Positions 53,627-61,886 of a stretch of DNA of 64,000 nucleotides are shown here, in pieces. Position numbers and translations under genes: made by a program. Every line of letters starts with the position of its first letter. Positions within the stretch are counted from its first letter, which is position 1. Location of the stretch: contig CAYLOK010000009.1 in NCBI GenBank assembly GCA_964385275.1, forward strand, positions 1,368 through 65,367, given 5' to 3'. This DNA is from an uncultured Gallionella sp. (GTDB taxonomy: Bacteria > Pseudomonadota > Gammaproteobacteria > Burkholderiales > Gallionellaceae). Under the pieces are notes generated by a model, which made no database searches, was not told the origin of the DNA, and worked only from the letters and a program-made list of their open reading frames with translations.

Positions 53627-54685
53627 GTGTATGCAAAATACGCACCGCTGGTCATCACTGCGGGTGAACCGGCGGGTATAGGCCCGGAATTATGCATCCA
53701 GCTTGCCGCGAGCGGGATCGTCGTAATTGCCGATAAGCATCTGCTGCAACAGCGCGCGCAACAGTTGGGCATCAACCTGGAAGTAAGAGACTGGGATGCC
53801 GCAGGGGCATTCCCCGCACAACTAAGGGGCCGGGCCCCAAGTTATTGCGTGAAAGTGGAAAGTGAGAAGGGGGAAGGGTATGCGCATCGCGCCCCCCCGT
53901 CCCTTGATGTCATTCATGTCCCCCTTGCCGTACCTGCTGTTGCGGGTGTGCTGAATGTCGCCAATAGCGATTACGTGCTGGCGACCTTGCGCCGTGCGGT
54001 ACAGGGCTGCCAGTCGGGCGAATTTTCCGGCATGGTGACGGCCCCGGTACACAAAGGCATCATCAACGACGCCGGAATTCCGTTTACCGGACACACCGAA
54101 TTTTTAGCCGAACTGACCCAAACTCCGCAGGTGGTGATGATGCTGGCGGGCGGCGGGATGCGTGTGGCGCTGGCTACCACGCATCTGGCCTTGCGCGATG
54201 TGCCGGATGCGATTACCGCTCCGCTGCTGGAAAAGGTGTTGCGCATTATTCATCGCGACTTGCAGCGCCGCTTCGGCATCGCGCAGCCGCGTATTCTGGT
54301 GGCGGGGCTAAACCCGCACGCGGGCGAAGGCGGACATATGGGGCGCGAGGAAATCGAGGTAATGATTCCCGTGCTCGACAAGTTGCGCGCCGAGGGCATC
54401 AATGTCAGCGCGCCGCTGCCCGCCGACACCTTGTTTACGCCGGACAAGCTGGCGCAATGCGATTGCATACTTTCCATGTATCACGATCAGGGGCTGCCGG
54501 TGTTGAAGCACGCCAGTTTTGGCGGGGGGGTGAATATCACGCTGGGTCTGCCGATTATCCGCACTTCGGTGGATCACGGTACGGCGCTGGATTTGGCCGG
54601 AACCGGCAAGGCCGACGGCGGCAGCCTGCTGGAAGCGATCAAGGTCGCGGCTGAAATGGCACAATTTGAACGCTTGGCGTCATAA
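53627..54685 (+). CDS. pdxA: 4-hydroxythreonine-4-phosphate dehydrogenase
   Basis: [40 protein letters not shown] and RTSVDHGTA. Start uncertain. Confidence 0.95.
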   Translation: MYAKYAPLVITAGEPAGIGPELCIQLAASGIVVIADKHLLQQRAQQLGINLEVRDWDAAGAFPAQLRGRAPSYCVKVESEKGEGYAHRAPPSLDVIHVPLAVPAVAGVLNVANSDYVLATLRRAVQGCQSGEFSGMVTAPVHKGIINDAGIPFTGHTEFLAELTQTPQVVMMLAGGGMRVALATTHLALRDVPDAITAPLLEKVLRIIHRDLQRRFGIAQPRILVAGLNPHAGEGGHMGREEIEVMIPVLDKLRAEGINVSAPLPADTLFTPDKLAQCDCILSMYHDQGLPVLKHASFGGGVNITLGLPIIRTSVDHGTALDLAGTGKADGGSLLEAIKVAAEMAQFERLAS

Positions 54686-54700
54686 CTTCACAATCAATCC

Positions 54701-54727
54701 ACAGATTACGCAGATTACGCAGATTAT
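54701..54727 (+). repeat. Tandem 9-mer repeat (RCAGATTAY x3)
   Basis: ACAGATTAC-GCAGATTAC-GCAGATTAT between pdxA and rsmA. Confidence 0.8.
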
Positions 54728-54832
54728 TTTGTATCGTTTTAATCTCAGGCTCTCTGTTTAATCTGAAAATTACTCAATTCTTGCGAAGAGTTTTTTCTTG
54801 CAATCATTGATGCGGAAAAACGGTTTTTTAAA

Positions 54833-55621
54833 ATGCATAAAGCAAAAAAGAAATTCGGCCAGAATTTTCTGGTGGATGAAAACATCATCGCCGACATTGT
54901 CGCGGCGATCCGTCCCGAAGCGGACGATAATCTGGTGGAAATCGGCCCGGGTCTGGGCGCGCTGACGCGGCCGCTGCTCAAACGCTTAAAGCGATTGCAT
55001 GTGGTGGAAATCGACCGCGACATCATCGCGCGTCTGGAAAGCGACTATCCTCAGCCCAATGCCAAACTGGTGATCCATGCCGGAGACGCGCTGAAATTTG
55101 ATCTCGCCACGCTGGATGCACCGCTGCGCATCGTCGGCAATCTGCCTTACAACATCTCCTCGCCGCTGTTGTTTCATTTCTCCGACTATGCCGCGCGCAT
55201 CACCGACATGCATTTCATGCTGCAAAACGAAGTGGTCGAGCGCATGGTGGCCGATCCCTCCACGCCCGCTTACGGACGGCTTTCGGTGATGTTGCAATAC
55301 CGTTTCTATATGGAAAAACTGCTCGACGTGCCGCCGGAATCGTTCCGTCCCGCGCCTAAAGTCGATTCCGCCATCGTGCGCATGATTCCGCTGCCGACCG
55401 GCGAAATTCAGGTGAAAAATGAAGTACTGTTCGCTCAGATAGTCGCCGCCGCCTTCGGCCAGCGCCGCAAGACATTGCGCAACACGCTGCGCAGTTTTTT
55501 GAATGAATCCGAATTTGAACAACTGGACATCAATCCCCAGTTGCGTGCAGAAAACCTGTCGGTGGCGGAATTTGCCAAAATAGCCGGGTATCTGGACGGG
55601 CGCGGCCCCCTGCGCGAATGA
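54833..55621 (+). CDS. rsmA: 16S rRNA dimethyladenosine transferase
   Basis: [26 protein letters not shown] and [12 protein letters not shown]. Confidence 0.97.
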   Translation: MHKAKKKFGQNFLVDENIIADIVAAIRPEADDNLVEIGPGLGALTRPLLKRLKRLHVVEIDRDIIARLESDYPQPNAKLVIHAGDALKFDLATLDAPLRIVGNLPYNISSPLLFHFSDYAARITDMHFMLQNEVVERMVADPSTPAYGRLSVMLQYRFYMEKLLDVPPESFRPAPKVDSAIVRMIPLPTGEIQVKNEVLFAQIVAAAFGQRRKTLRNTLRSFLNESEFEQLDINPQLRAENLSVAEFAKIAGYLDGRGPLRE

Positions 55622-55674
55622 GGCAAGGTACGCTGCACCCTGCACCGAACGAAAACCGCTGAATTATTTAATAA

Positions 55675-55695
55675 TTGATATTAATCAATAACTTG
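55675..55695. promoter_or_regulatory. Overlapping FNR-like (TTGAT-N4-ATCAA) and IHF-like (WATCAA-N4-TTR) sites
   Basis: TTGATATTAATCAA at 55675-55688 and AATCAATAACTTG at 55683-55695, between convergent genes. Confidence 0.35.
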
Positions 55696-55704
55696 CAAAT
55701 ACGA

Positions 55705-56973
55705 TCAGCTTGATTCCCGCAACCCTTCTGAAGGGGCCTCATTCCACGGTGCGACCTTCAGCAGCAGCACCATCCCCGGCACGGCCAGCACTGCGCACAG
55801 CAGAAAGAAACCCGTCCAGCCCATCCCCTCGACCAGCCAGCCGGTGGCGGCGTTGGCGAAGGTGCGCGGTATCGCCATCAGACTGGTGAACAGCGCGAAC
55901 TGCGTGGCGGTATAGGCCGGGTGCGTGGTGCGGGCGATGAAGGCGACGAAGGCCACCGTGCCCAGCCCGACGCCCAGCGCCTCCAGGCCGATCACCACCG
56001 CCAGCTGGGTGCGTTCCAGCGCGCCGATCTCGCTGTGATAGCCGATGGACGCCAGCCACGCAAAACCGAAAATGGACAACACCTGCACCACACCGAACAA
56101 CCACAGCGCGCGGTTGATGCCGATTTTTACCATCCACAAGCCGCCCAGCATGCCGCCGATCACCGCAGGCCACAGCCCGGCGTTCTTGGCGATCAGGCCG
56201 ATGTCGGTCTTGGAAAAACCCATGTCCAGATAAAACGGCGTGGCCAGTGCGGTACACATGCTGTCGCCCAGCTTGTAGAACAGCAAAAAGGCCAGAATCA
56301 GCAGCGCGCTGCGCCAGCCCTGCCGGTTGATGAATTCGCGGAACGGTTCGACTACCGCATCGCGCAAGGTCTTGGGCGCGGCGGCCAGATGCGGCTCCCG
56401 AATCATCAGCGTCATCGCGATGCCGGGCAGCATGAACAGCGCGGTAATGATAAACACCAGATCCCAGGGCAGGAAATCGGCCAGAATCAGCGACAGCGAG
56501 CCGGGTATCAGCCCGGCGATGCGATAGGCGTTGACATGCACCGCATTGCCCAGCCCCAGCTCGGCATCGCTTAGCAACTCGCGCCGGTAGGCATCCAGCA
56601 CGATGTCCTGCGTGGCGCCCAACACCGCCAGCAACGTCGCCATCCACGCGATGGTGGCAAGATCACTGCTCGGCGAAAAACCGCCCATCATCGCGATCAC
56701 CGCCAGCAACCCGACCTGGGTCAGCGCCATCCAGCCGCGCCGCCGCCCCAGCATCGGCAAGGCGTAGCGGTCGAGGAACGGCGACCAGATGAATTTCCAG
56801 GTGTAGGGAAACTGGATCAGCGCGAACAGGCCAATGGTTTTCAGATCGACATGCTCGCTGCGCAGCCAGGCGGGAACCAGATTGAACAACAGATACAGCG
56901 GCAAACCGGACGCGAATCCGGTGAACACGCATATCAGCATGCGGCGGGTAAAGAGTTGTTGCCAGACGGACAT
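55705..56973 (-). CDS. ampG: AmpG-family muropeptide MFS permease
   Basis: GFASGLPL, PYTWKFIWSP, GRRRGW, ATQDIVLDAYRRE and YTATQFALFTS. Confidence 0.93.
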   Translation of the reverse strand: MSVWQQLFTRRMLICVFTGFASGLPLYLLFNLVPAWLRSEHVDLKTIGLFALIQFPYTWKFIWSPFLDRYALPMLGRRRGWMALTQVGLLAVIAMMGGFSPSSDLATIAWMATLLAVLGATQDIVLDAYRRELLSDAELGLGNAVHVNAYRIAGLIPGSLSLILADFLPWDLVFIITALFMLPGIAMTLMIREPHLAAAPKTLRDAVVEPFREFINRQGWRSALLILAFLLFYKLGDSMCTALATPFYLDMGFSKTDIGLIAKNAGLWPAVIGGMLGGLWMVKIGINRALWLFGVVQVLSIFGFAWLASIGYHSEIGALERTQLAVVIGLEALGVGLGTVAFVAFIARTTHPAYTATQFALFTSLMAIPRTFANAATGWLVEGMGWTGFFLLCAVLAVPGMVLLLKVAPWNEAPSEGLRESS

Positions 56974-56993
56974 AAAAGCCTTTATTGAATAGA

Positions 56994-58469
56994 TTACAAC
57001 GCAGCCGCAATTTCCCTGAAGCTATTCAAACCCGCTTCAAGATTTTCGATGATTTCCCCCGCCAGCACATCCGGCTCCGGCAAGTTATCCAGATCGGCGA
57101 GGCTCTTGTCCTTCAACCAGAAAATATCCAGACTGGTTTTGTCGCGCGCGATGATTTGTTCGTAGCTGAATTTGCGCCAGCGCCCTTCCGGGTTTGCGGC
57201 TTCGTTCCAGCTTTCTTTGCGCTCATGGCGGTTGAGCGGGTTGTAGCTGGCGATGAAATCCTGCAAATCCTCAAAGCGCAGCGGTTTCTTTTTCAACGTG
57301 TGATGGGTGTTGGTGCGGTAGTCGTAGAACCACACCTCTTTCGTCCACGGTTCTTTGCTGGCGGCGTGGTTATCGAAAAACAGCACATTCGCCTTCACGC
57401 CGTTGGCGTAAAAGATGCCGGTGGGCAGGCGCAGGATGGTATGCAGCTCGGTGGTTTCCAGCAGCTTCTTGCGCACTGTCTCGCCTGCGCCACCTTCGAA
57501 CAGCACGTTGTCCGGCACGACGACCGCCGCGCGTCCGGTGGTCTTCAGCATGGTGCGGATGTGCTGCACAAAGTTGAGTTGCTTGTTGGAAGTGGTCGCC
57601 CAGAAATCCTGGCGGTTGTAAGTCAGATCATCCTTCTCCTGCTCGCCATCATCATTGGTGAAGCTCATCGAACTCTTCTTGCCGAAGGGCGGATTCGCCA
57701 GCACGTAGTCGTAACGTTTGCCGCCATCGGCCACCAGCGCATCGTTGGGCGACACCATGCTGTCTCCGTCGATCTCGCCGATGTTGTGCAAAAACATATT
57801 CATCAAGGCGAGGCGGCGCGTACCCGCCACGATCTCGTTACCGTTAAAGGTATCGTGTTTGAGGAATGCCTTCTGCGTCTTGTCCATCTTGTGTTCGGAC
57901 ACCAGAAAATCATAGGCCGCCAAAAAAAAGCCGCCCGTACCACAGGCTGGATCGGCGATGGTTTTCATTGGCTCAGGGCGCACGCATTCCACCATCGCGC
58001 GGATCAGCGCGCGCGGCGTGAAGTATTGCCCCGCACCCGACTTGGTATCTTCCGCGTTGCGTTCCAGCAAGCCCTCGTAGATGTCACCCTTCACATCCGC
58101 GCCCATCGTCACCCACTGCGTTTCGTTCACCATATCGATCAGGCGATACAGCTTGGCCGGGTCTTGAATCTTGTTTTGCGCCTTGGTGAAAATCGTCCCC
58201 AGCATGCCCGGCTTATTGCCCAGTTCGCGCAACAGCGTCACGTAATGCACCTCCAACTCCGCACCGCGCTTGGCCTTCAGGCTCTGCCAGTTGTACTCGT
58301 CAGGAATACCCACCTTGCGGTTATACGGCGGCTGGCTGTATTCATCTGCCATTTTCAGGAAGATCAGATAAGTCAGCTGCTCCAGATAGTCGCCGTAGCC
58401 TACGCCGTCGTCGCGCAACGTGGTGCAGAAACTCCAGACTTTGGAAACGATAGATGCGGTTGCGTTCAT
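56994..58469 (-). CDS. hsdM: Type I R-M methyltransferase subunit (locus 2)
   Basis: VWSFCTTLRDDG, GAGQYFTPR, DPACGTGGF and NPPF. ATG at 58469 has a GGAGG SD; the ORF-track extension to 58640 is translated repeat DNA. Confidence 0.95.
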   Translation of the reverse strand: MNATASIVSKVWSFCTTLRDDGVGYGDYLEQLTYLIFLKMADEYSQPPYNRKVGIPDEYNWQSLKAKRGAELEVHYVTLLRELGNKPGMLGTIFTKAQNKIQDPAKLYRLIDMVNETQWVTMGADVKGDIYEGLLERNAEDTKSGAGQYFTPRALIRAMVECVRPEPMKTIADPACGTGGFFLAAYDFLVSEHKMDKTQKAFLKHDTFNGNEIVAGTRRLALMNMFLHNIGEIDGDSMVSPNDALVADGGKRYDYVLANPPFGKKSSMSFTNDDGEQEKDDLTYNRQDFWATTSNKQLNFVQHIRTMLKTTGRAAVVVPDNVLFEGGAGETVRKKLLETTELHTILRLPTGIFYANGVKANVLFFDNHAASKEPWTKEVWFYDYRTNTHHTLKKKPLRFEDLQDFIASYNPLNRHERKESWNEAANPEGRWRKFSYEQIIARDKTSLDIFWLKDKSLADLDNLPEPDVLAGEIIENLEAGLNSFREIAAAL

Positions 58470-58538
58470 GGGTTTTCCTCCAGAAGGCCGCCATTCGGAA
58501 ATAGGTTTGGTATCAATCGCCCGCGAGAAATTAAGTGC

Positions 58539-58671
58539 ATCATTCCCGAAGCTCTCACCCCCGTCATTCCCGAAGCTCTCACCCCCGTCATTCCCGAAGC
58601 GGTTCTGATCGGGAATCCAGCCTTTAACCGGCAAAAACAATAGATCCCCGATAAAGACATTCGGGGATGAC
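58539..58671 (+). repeat. CGTC-type palindromic doublet preceded by two 24-bp half-units (element C)
   Basis: RTCATTCCCGAAGCTCTCACCCCC x2, then GTCATTCCCGA-N12-TCGGGAATCCAG, a spacer, and GATCCCCGA-N10-TCGGGGATGAC. Confidence 0.9.
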
Positions 58672-58701
58672 GGGCTGGCTGCGAAAGATCGGCTGGGCTA
58701 T

Positions 58702-58992
58702 TCAAACCAATTCTTCCCACAAATCTTTCCAAGTCGGATTCATCTTCTCGATCAAATCTATTTTCCATTGCCTGTTCCATTTTTTAAGTTGCTTCTCTCG
58801 TTCAATCGCTGTCAGCATCTGTTCATGCAACTCGTAATACACAAGCGAGTGAACTGTATATTTTTCCGTGAACCCTTCAACCAGATCATTCTTATGCTGC
58901 CAGATACGCTGAATCAGATTGCTGGTTACACCGATATACAAAGTGCCGTTGTATCCGCTCGCCAGAATATAAACCGCAGGCTGTTTCTCCAT
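58702..58992 (-). CDS. Stand-alone GIY-YIG nuclease (YhbQ/UPF0213-like)
   Basis: AVYILAS...TLYIGVTSNLIQRIWQHK, LVYYE and AIEREKQLKKWNRQWK. Confidence 0.92.
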   Translation of the reverse strand: MEKQPAVYILASGYNGTLYIGVTSNLIQRIWQHKNDLVEGFTEKYTVHSLVYYELHEQMLTAIEREKQLKKWNRQWKIDLIEKMNPTWKDLWEELV

Positions 58993-59012
58993 TGCACAAC
59001 CTCCATCAATCT

Positions 59013-59225
59013 GTCATTCCAGAAGTGACCCCACCCCGCCATTCCCGAAGCTATCACACCCCGTCATTCCCGAAGCTATCACACCCCGTCATTCCCGAAG
59101 CGTTCCCACCCCGTCATTCCCGAGACGGCTCCAACCCCGTCATTCCCGAGACGCTTCTTATCGGGAATCCAGCTTCTAACCCACCAAAACCATGGATCCC
59201 CGATAAAAACATTCGGGGATGACGG
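59013..59225 (+). repeat. CGTC-type palindromic doublet preceded by five 25-26 bp half-units (element B)
   Basis: Units start at 59013, 59038, 59063, 59088 and 59113 (GYCATTCCMGAR...CCCC). A full arm spans 59139-59172 and a second arm TGGATCCCCGA-N10-TCGGGGATGAC follows. Confidence 0.92.
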
Positions 59226-59249
59226 CTTAGACTTTGCTCAAGGTGTCAT

Positions 59250-60086
59250 TTATTTCTTCGCCAAACTTTTCTTCGCCGGAGGCAAATAGTTTTCAGCCGA
59301 AACCAGCTTCTTGCCCGTCTTGCCTTCCAGCTCCAGCCGCGCTTTTTTGGCGATACCGCCGCCGGTCTTCGCCGCAGCCTCATTCTCATTCATGCCCGTG
59401 GCATCCATGCTCTCGGCGATCTGGCGCGTGGAAAGCTCTGCCAGCGCGGTAAAAATCAATTCGGCTTCGCTCATGTGATCGCGCAGGTTTTGCGACTTCA
59501 GGCCTTTCATTTCCTTGTGCGCCTTCACATCCACTTCCGCCCATTCCTGATGAATGATGTTGGTCAGGATCGCGTATTCCTCGCCTTCCTTGATGTCATG
59601 CTCTTTCCAGTAATCGGTCAGCTTGTTGCGCGTCTCCTGCCCCGTCATGCGCTGCTGTATCCACTTCTCGCTGCGCCCGTGCTTCTGCCAGGTCTCGCGG
59701 GCTCGATCCAGAGAACGGGCGGGGTCAGCCATCTCCTGCATCCGCTCATAGCCCACCTTCGCCAGCCACAACTTAATCGGCTCCGCCTTCGGGCTGGGCA
59801 CGGACTGCACCAACCGCAGCAAAGCCTCGGCAGTGGCGACATCGGTGAGGTAATTCTTGCCATCTGCGGCAGGCAATTTCAGTCGGTGACAATTTGTCAC
59901 CGACTGACTGCCTTCCTTGCTCAGTCGCTCTTTCAGCTTGTTCCAATATTTGCGCGCTGTTTGATAATCAGGCTGCTGGGTCAACACCTGCACAATATCC
60001 ACCACCGAAAACCACCAGGTTTCCGTGGCCTCGTCATACACGCGACGGATTTTATGCTCTTCAAAAATGGCTGGTTGAGGTTGCAT
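59250..60086 (-). CDS. BRO-N domain DNA-binding protein (antirepressor-like)
   Basis: KIRRVYDE...WWFSVVDIV, RKYWNKLKERL, LRLVQSVPSPKAEPIKLWLA and NLRDHMSEAELIFTALAE. Confidence 0.85.
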   Translation of the reverse strand: MQPQPAIFEEHKIRRVYDEATETWWFSVVDIVQVLTQQPDYQTARKYWNKLKERLSKEGSQSVTNCHRLKLPAADGKNYLTDVATAEALLRLVQSVPSPKAEPIKLWLAKVGYERMQEMADPARSLDRARETWQKHGRSEKWIQQRMTGQETRNKLTDYWKEHDIKEGEEYAILTNIIHQEWAEVDVKAHKEMKGLKSQNLRDHMSEAELIFTALAELSTRQIAESMDATGMNENEAAAKTGGGIAKKARLELEGKTGKKLVSAENYLPPAKKSLAKK

Positions 60087-60103
60087 GGTCAGGACTCCTT
60101 CCC

Positions 60104-60217
60104 GTCATTCCCGCGCCCTCTTTCGTCACCCCCGCGAAGGCGGGGGTCCATGCGATTCAAAAACTGGATTCCCGCCGGAGCCTGCCCTCGAATGAATTTG
60201 TCGGGGGCGGGAATGAC
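60104..60217 (+). repeat. CGTC-type palindromic doublet with one half-unit (element A)
   Basis: GTCATTCCCGCGCCCTCTTTC, then GTCACCCCCGCGAAGGCGGGGGTCCA-TGCGATTCAAAAAC-TGGATTCCCGCC-[insert]-GGCGGGAATGAC. Confidence 0.88.
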
Positions 60218-60239
60218 GTTATAGGCGTGCAAAGTATGG

Positions 60240-61886
60240 CTAACCACGCTTGCTCCTTTTGCCAACCGCCGAGCTTTCCCCGGCAGTTGCCCGCTCCGCC
60301 TTGATGCGCGCCAGCAGTGCCGATGCGGGTTCGTCGTGCGGGTCTTGCGGCACCAGTTGGCCGGAGAAGGCTTTTTTCAGGATGGACTGGCGCAGGGCTT
60401 CGGCTTGTTGCAACGAGGTGGTGATGGTTAGTTCGAGTTGGTCAACTTCGGACAACCTTGCTGCAAGGCTTTCAATAACCACTTCAGATTCAGCACATGA
60501 ACAAATGGGCACGACTATTGATCGAATTCTTTCTTGCCCAATGTTGCGCATGGACTCTTGATTGCCTGTCGATAGCTGCATGATTTGTTTGCGCCCAAAG
60601 CGACTGCCAAGATACTGAAGGAAATATTCCTGAGAGAAGCCATCAAATCTGATGCGAAGTGTTTTATCGCTCAGCATGATTTTCTTGGTTACCTTCCTTG
60701 CAATGACGCAGGCTCCAACGAGATCAATGGTGTTTGCTCGGCTTAGAATGAAATCACCGTTCCTAATTAAATAGGCTTCATTTTCTTTCGATGCGTCAGT
60801 GCAAGTCTTGCTTTCCGATTCATCATATTCGCCCCACGTCACCGCACTTACTTTCGCGACTCCGATTTCATTTGCACGTGGTTCGCGTTCGTCACACTTA
60901 AAACTTTTCCCCGCATCAATCGACTCAATGAAGTCACCCAATTTGCACCATCCCCACCCCTGCGGCAGTTTTGGCAATTCGGCCCGCTCTTCGGCGGTGA
61001 GTGGCGGCAGGGGTTTCGGGGCTTTGGGTTTCCCAGCACGCTGGACAAGGCTGCCTTGTTTGACGTTGGCTTGCCAGTCGGCGAGTTGTTGCTGGTAGCG
61101 TTGCGCGCGCTCTTGCTGGATGCGCTTGAGCAAGGCCTGCCCGCCGGCAGGCTGGGCATCGGCGATTTCCAAACCCATATCGTCATTCCCGCGAAGGCGG
61201 GAATCCAGTTTTTCATTCGCATGGACTCCCGCCTTCGCGGGAGTGACGGAATTTTTAGTGCGGCGTTCCTCGCGCCACTGCGCAGTGAGCTTGCCCTCGA
61301 AGGCGTGTTTCAGCAAGGCCTGGCGATACACCTTGAGCTGCGCGCGGGCGGTCTTCAGGTTCTCAATGCCCTTGTCCAACTCGGAAAACAACTCCTCGAT
61401 TTTGACGACGATGCGGTGTTGTTCGGGAAGCGGCGGCAATGGAAAAGAAAACGAAGCAATATCGTTAGGCCGCACAGCCGGATAGAGTGCACCTTGTACG
61501 CATAGGCACATCTTCTCTATGAACTCCCGCGTATGCACCAGATAAAATAGAAACTTTGGCTCAACCCTTTTCGAGCGCAAAACATGAAATCCAGTCGAAC
61601 CAATCGCACCATGAAACTCAGATGTTGCCATTGCTATTGCATTCAGGTTTGGACGGGTCATTGAGATGAGAACATCTCCGCTTTGAAGCACTTGCTTAGC
61701 TCGGCTTGGTGCGGCTGTTGATTCTAGAACCTTAGCATCTGAGATACGTTTTTGCTCACGGTCTATGCTGCTTATATCAACATAGATAAATTCACTACTG
61801 ACTGGCCCGCTCCGGTCCACAGCTTCATCAGCCACTTCGCCAAGAATAGCCATAGACCAGCCATCTGGCAGCTCCACTTCACTCAT
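60240..61886 (-). CDS. hsdS: Type I R-M specificity subunit (locus 2) with long central linker
   Basis: ELPDGW, LPPLPEQHRIVVKIEELFSELD, HAFEGKLT, LPKLPQGW and ILKKAFSGQLVPQDP. The ATG overlaps the vapC stop. Confidence 0.94.
   Translation of the reverse strand: MSEVELPDGWSMAILGEVADEAVDRSGPVSSEFIYVDISSIDREQKRISDAKVLESTAAPSRAKQVLQSGDVLISMTRPNLNAIAMATSEFHGAIGSTGFHVLRSKRVEPKFLFYLVHTREFIEKMCLCVQGALYPAVRPNDIASFSFPLPPLPEQHRIVVKIEELFSELDKGIENLKTARAQLKVYRQALLKHAFEGKLTAQWREERRTKNSVTPAKAGVHANEKLDSRLRGNDDMGLEIADAQPAGGQALLKRIQQERAQRYQQQLADWQANVKQGSLVQRAGKPKAPKPLPPLTAEERAELPKLPQGWGWCKLGDFIESIDAGKSFKCDEREPRANEIGVAKVSAVTWGEYDESESKTCTDASKENEAYLIRNGDFILSRANTIDLVGACVIARKVTKKIMLSDKTLRIRFDGFSQEYFLQYLGSRFGRKQIMQLSTGNQESMRNIGQERIRSIVVPICSCAESEVVIESLAARLSEVDQLELTITTSLQQAEALRQSILKKAFSGQLVPQDPHDEPASALLARIKAERATAGESSAVGKRSKRG
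61182..61247. repeat. CGTC/dRS3-like palindromic doublet in frame in hsdS
   Basis: GTCATTCCCGCGAAGGCGGGAATCCA-N14-TGGACTCCCGCCTTCGCGGGAGTGAC: 26-bp arms with 2 mismatches, 66 nt in total, translated VTPAKAGVHANEKLDSRLRGND. Confidence 0.92.

Noticed and set aside
58470-58640. N-terminal extension of HsdM2 (NDGGESFG repeats)
   Set aside because: It is the translation of the repeat element. A good SD and the typical HsdM start lie at 58469.
56985-58643. 552-aa + strand ORF
   Set aside because: Antisense shadow of hsdM2 with no recognisable motifs.
59013-59172. CRISPR array
   Set aside because: Units are only 25-26 bp with about 10 variable nt, two tails are identical, and no cas genes are present. 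The units are halves of the adjacent palindrome.
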